The position numbers and the translations under genes are program-made. Shown here piece by piece: positions 33,010-36,539 of a stretch of 36,539 nucleotides of DNA. The notes under the pieces were generated by a model that saw nothing but the letters and a program-made list of their open reading frames with translations, was not told the origin of the DNA and did not search any database. Position 1 is the stretch's first letter; each line of letters starts with the position of its first letter. Source of the DNA: Streblomastix strix (Eukaryota); assembly GCA_008636045.1 (NCBI GenBank), contig SNRW01000042.1, positions 1-36,539 on the forward strand, in the 5' to 3' direction.

Positions 33010-34104
33010 ATGGCCGAGGTTACATTTTTTTAATTAAATTATATTTCCCTATAATTCTAATATAATTATTCTATCATTTTAACCGGTGTTCTCTCAGTAA
33101 GTCCTACCGACTCGTATGGTCCTACAGGGATAGAAAGCTAAGCTAGTAGCTGCTAAAAGAGGCCACGAACTGCTTAAGAAAAAGAGTGATGCACTTAGTG
33201 TTAGATTCCGCGAAATATTAGGGAAGATAATGGATGTTTTGTAAATTTTTTAATTTTTTTATTCTTAACTTCTTGTTACTCCAATTATTTGCAAGGCAAA
33301 AAATTAAATGATAAGCTTAGTTGACGATGCAATGTTTTCTACAACGTAAGCCAGATTTATAGCTGGGGATAATATAAAGTTTGACGAATTTTCCACCTTT
33401 TTTTTCTTTAATTGTTTTTCCTCAAAAAAACTCACTATTATATTTAGATACTAAGTTCTAGAATCAGTATCCAATTCAACACCAACAAAGATAAAAATGA
33501 GAATGGAAAACATTGCTGGAGTTCTTCTACCAGTCTTCGAATTGAGTTAAGAAGGCCAAACAAGTTTGTCCTATTTTTAGGCTTATATACTTGAATTTTT
33601 TATTAATTTTAAATTGAATTAGATTAAGAACTTACTGGTCTTTCAAAAGGTGGTAAGCGGGTATAAGAATGTCAGCAGAAACACATGCAAGTACTTGAAT
33701 AATTAATCAAATTAGCTTCACTTCAAGTATGAATTATAAATAAATTTATCTGTAATCATTTTAATAATTAATTAATCACTGATAACCAGACAGCATTTGC
33801 TGCGCTTGATGAAGTCATCAAAGTGACTAACCGAAGAGTGAATGCACTTGAATATGTTATGATACCCAGAGTTGAAGCAACAATACATTATATTGAATCT
33901 GAGATGTCAGAAGCTGAGCGTGAGGAGTTTTTCAGACTAAAGAAAGTATAGAATACTAAAAAGAAGAAGAAGTTGATATAAGAGGAAGAGGCTGCCTAAT
34001 TACTTGCTGCTTAATCAGGTCTTGAGAAAGGAGCCTAAGGAACAGCACAACCACAATAGGCAGAAAGTCTAATAGCTAGCAATGATGATGATGTTGTTGT
34101 ATGA
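33010..34104 (+). CDS. ATP6V1D: V-type proton ATPase subunit D, 254 aa; introns 33019-33097, 33236-33295, 33379-33447, 33564-33622, 33727-33789
   Basis: [36 protein letters not shown]...[12 protein letters not shown]...LTGLSKGG...[32 protein letters not shown]...[12 protein letters not shown]...NDDDVVV*. Spliced length is 765 nt (255 codons). Confidence 0.95.
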
Positions 34105-34230
34105 TCAACTGGACAAGGTGGAAAACGAAAAGCAGCATTATACCATATACTTATGCTCGTACACCTTTCTATGTGTATGTAATAGTGTTTACAATAATAA
34201 AAGTAGCAAGTAAATAACAATTCACTTTGT

Positions 34231-35262
34231 TCATTGCATTTATTTTTTGAGTTTCATAGCAAAGAAGAAAATATCATTTGTTTGGTAAAATTTATGAAGT
34301 ATTTCAGGTGGCAGTTTACATATATCGAAAAAAGTCATGGCTGATTTCATAAATTCAAAGAAGACTACCTAATTGCGATGTTCGTAAACAAGTAGAATAA
34401 ATGGAGGATTTTCATCTTTTGTGTGAGTAAATGGTAGATCGCCATCTTTAATACCAAATCCTCTAGTGATAAGCAGAAGTGCATTGAGAAGAAGATGATG
34501 AGGTACATTTGCGTATAAGCACTCACAGACAATCACTAGATCAAAATGTGAATTAAGTTCTTATGGAAGATTAACAGAACTCCAATCAAATTCAAAAAAA
34601 CTAACTCTTGATTATTCTTAGTTTGATTCATCACATGTTTTCAGGTCACTACAATTTTATGTGACGTTAAATTCAATTAATTCTTTCAGAATCGGTAGGT
34701 CTGTGCAAACAACTTCACCTACACCAAGTGATGCACAACATATACCAACAAAGCCTTATCCAGCACCGAGTTCGATCCATTTCTAATCATGAGCAAGTTA
34801 AAATTTGAATTCAAACGTTTCAAGTGGAAGAGGAAAATCATCTGGAGTTATATTCAAACTTTCTGATTTAACAGGGCTCTGAACAATTGTCTGTGAAGTA
34901 ACGTATTGAAATAATCCATTATAATCTTTCTTGATTAGCTCCAGCCACTTGCATAGGCATATGGCTGCGTCCCAAACCATTGCTAAAGCAATTCCAATAA
35001 AAAAGATTTTAAGAAAATGACGTAAGTAAATAAAACCTCCCGTGCCTAGTCCACGCATTTCACAATTAGGAATTTATGATATTGTAAGTTTTCTCACATT
35101 TTTATCATCCAATTCAATATTATATTCGAATTCAGCAAGCTAACTTCGCGGCTTTCTCCATTGCAGAGAGTTCTATTAATTTAATGAATATTGTAAAATA
35201 TAATTTTAACAAATATATTGACAAACAATATTCCGTTGCATCCAGGGTGAAATTCGAGTCAT
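34231..35262 (-). CDS. METTL21/VCPKMT-like (family 16) protein lysine methyltransferase, 307 aa; introns 35173-35226 and 34983-35036
   Basis: GLGTG|AMVWDAAICLCKWLE, motif I WIELGAGQGFVGICCASLG, VVCTDLP, FDWSS, FDLVIVCECLY, LLVYEHRN. Spliced length is 924 nt. Confidence 0.85.
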
Positions 35263-36431
35263 TTCTTAAACAAATGAAAAAAATAAATGCAAATAAAATA
35301 AGCTATTTATAATAATTAAATTTTAATGATGTTTAATTCAATCCGCAACCACAGTGGTGTAAGGAAATGCAATTTTTTATTTTTGTTTCAAATTCGCATG
35401 TATAGTAATTTTAAACGTAATCATTTTATCAAATTAATTGATTATTTAATTATATATGTTGATTAATCGAAAAAATGAATAAAATACATTAGTGAAATTA
35501 AAAGTTTTTAGCTATTTCACCATTCTGAGATTTTCATAATATATAATTCATAAATATTATATTGTTAATTATTATATATTTTTATAATATAATTCATTGG
35601 TTAAATTTTAAAATATTTTATTAGTTTTTATATTTTAATTCTCTTATAGCTAAAAGGTACTCTCCAGAGAAAAAAAATAAAAAAATATAATAATTTGCCT
35701 TAGGCCTGGGTAAAAATGACAAGCTGACAAAGAAATTTTTGTCCGCCAGTCAGTATGAAATTTGTTTGTCTTTACATAAAAAATATTCGAGAAAATAATG
35801 AAAATCATATTTTTTTTGGTATACTATGAATATTCATTTGATTCAAATTTATTATTTTCAATCAATATATATTAAAGACATTATTTTTAATAAATTTAAA
35901 AATACTAATGTAATAGTAAGTTTAAAGAATAAAAAGTTAATGATTTTCGTAATTTTCCATAAATATTTGTGACAATAGAAAAAATTCTTTCACAATTAGC
36001 TTATGAGGTGCAAGTTGAATTTAACCTTAAACAGAATTCTGATAATAATTAATCACATAATAATTGTGAATTTCCAAATTCGGTCAAAAAACTTACGCCA
36101 CTCGCCATCAAATAGATATTCATTATATTTAAGTTTTTTTTATTCAAATCTATATACTTCATATAAATAATATTAGAGAGATTCATTTAGTATTTCTTCA
36201 GTTTTTCTTTTTCAATCATATTCAAAAAAATTTATGCAAATTTTATTAGAATTTCATTATTTTTTTGGTAATTTAATTTAATACTAATTTAGACTTTCCT
36301 CTTTTCTTTCCTGATTTTTGATCTTTTTTTCTCTTTTTTTTAATTCTTTCAACTATGGTTGAAATATAATTTTCTTTATATATTTCAGCCTTATTTCCCA
36401 ATAATATATTTTGACAGCGCCACAGTCTATG

Positions 36432-36524
36432 AATTCTGCTACGCTATTTGTAACCATAATCTCAGTGCCAATTCACTATCAGCACTAAGACATAATTCTG
36501 CCGCGCTAATTCTATCCATAATCT
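36432..36524. repeat. Imperfect direct repeat (~32 bp, period ~62) at the window edge
   Basis: AATTCTGCTACGCTATTTGTAACCATAATCTC versus AATTCTGCCGCGCTAATTCTATCCATAATCTC. Confidence 0.55.
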
Positions 36525-36539
36525 CCACAGCTGGTGACT

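Noticed and set aside
36080..36110. Right TIR of the Polinton (ACTTACG.CA resembles the reverse complement of ~5795)
   Set aside because: The match is only ~9 bp, with no ACTACT end or subterminal repeats, and intact host genes lie in between.

Overview
Very AT-rich eukaryotic genomic DNA that uses a non-standard nuclear code: TAA/TAG read as Gln and TGA is the only stop. The supplied standard-code ORF track therefore misses or fragments nearly every gene. The code, the 54-95 nt GT-AG introns and the gene style suggest an oxymonad such as Streblomastix (inference). From left to right: (1) a decayed DIRS-type retrotransposon RT/RNase H remnant (~1-2275); (2) a decayed GGAI-repeat surface-protein-like pseudogene (~2290-4400, minus); (3) an ~18 kb endogenous Polinton/Maverick-like virus (~5772-24045). 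It has a putative AGTAGT left terminus with subterminal tandem repeats, a putative major capsid, an adenovirus-pVI-like amphipathic peptide, two tail-fibre-like genes, an A32-type packaging ATPase, a protein-primed DNA polymerase B with an embedded HNH-like zinc domain, a putative minor capsid, an AT-hook protein and a retroviral-type integrase. It is pseudogenised and truncated on the right. (4) Three intact intron-containing host genes: a giant (~2724 aa) canonical poly(A) polymerase, V-ATPase subunit D and a METTL21-like protein lysine methyltransferase. All translations were done by eye, and coordinates of decayed genes are approximate.
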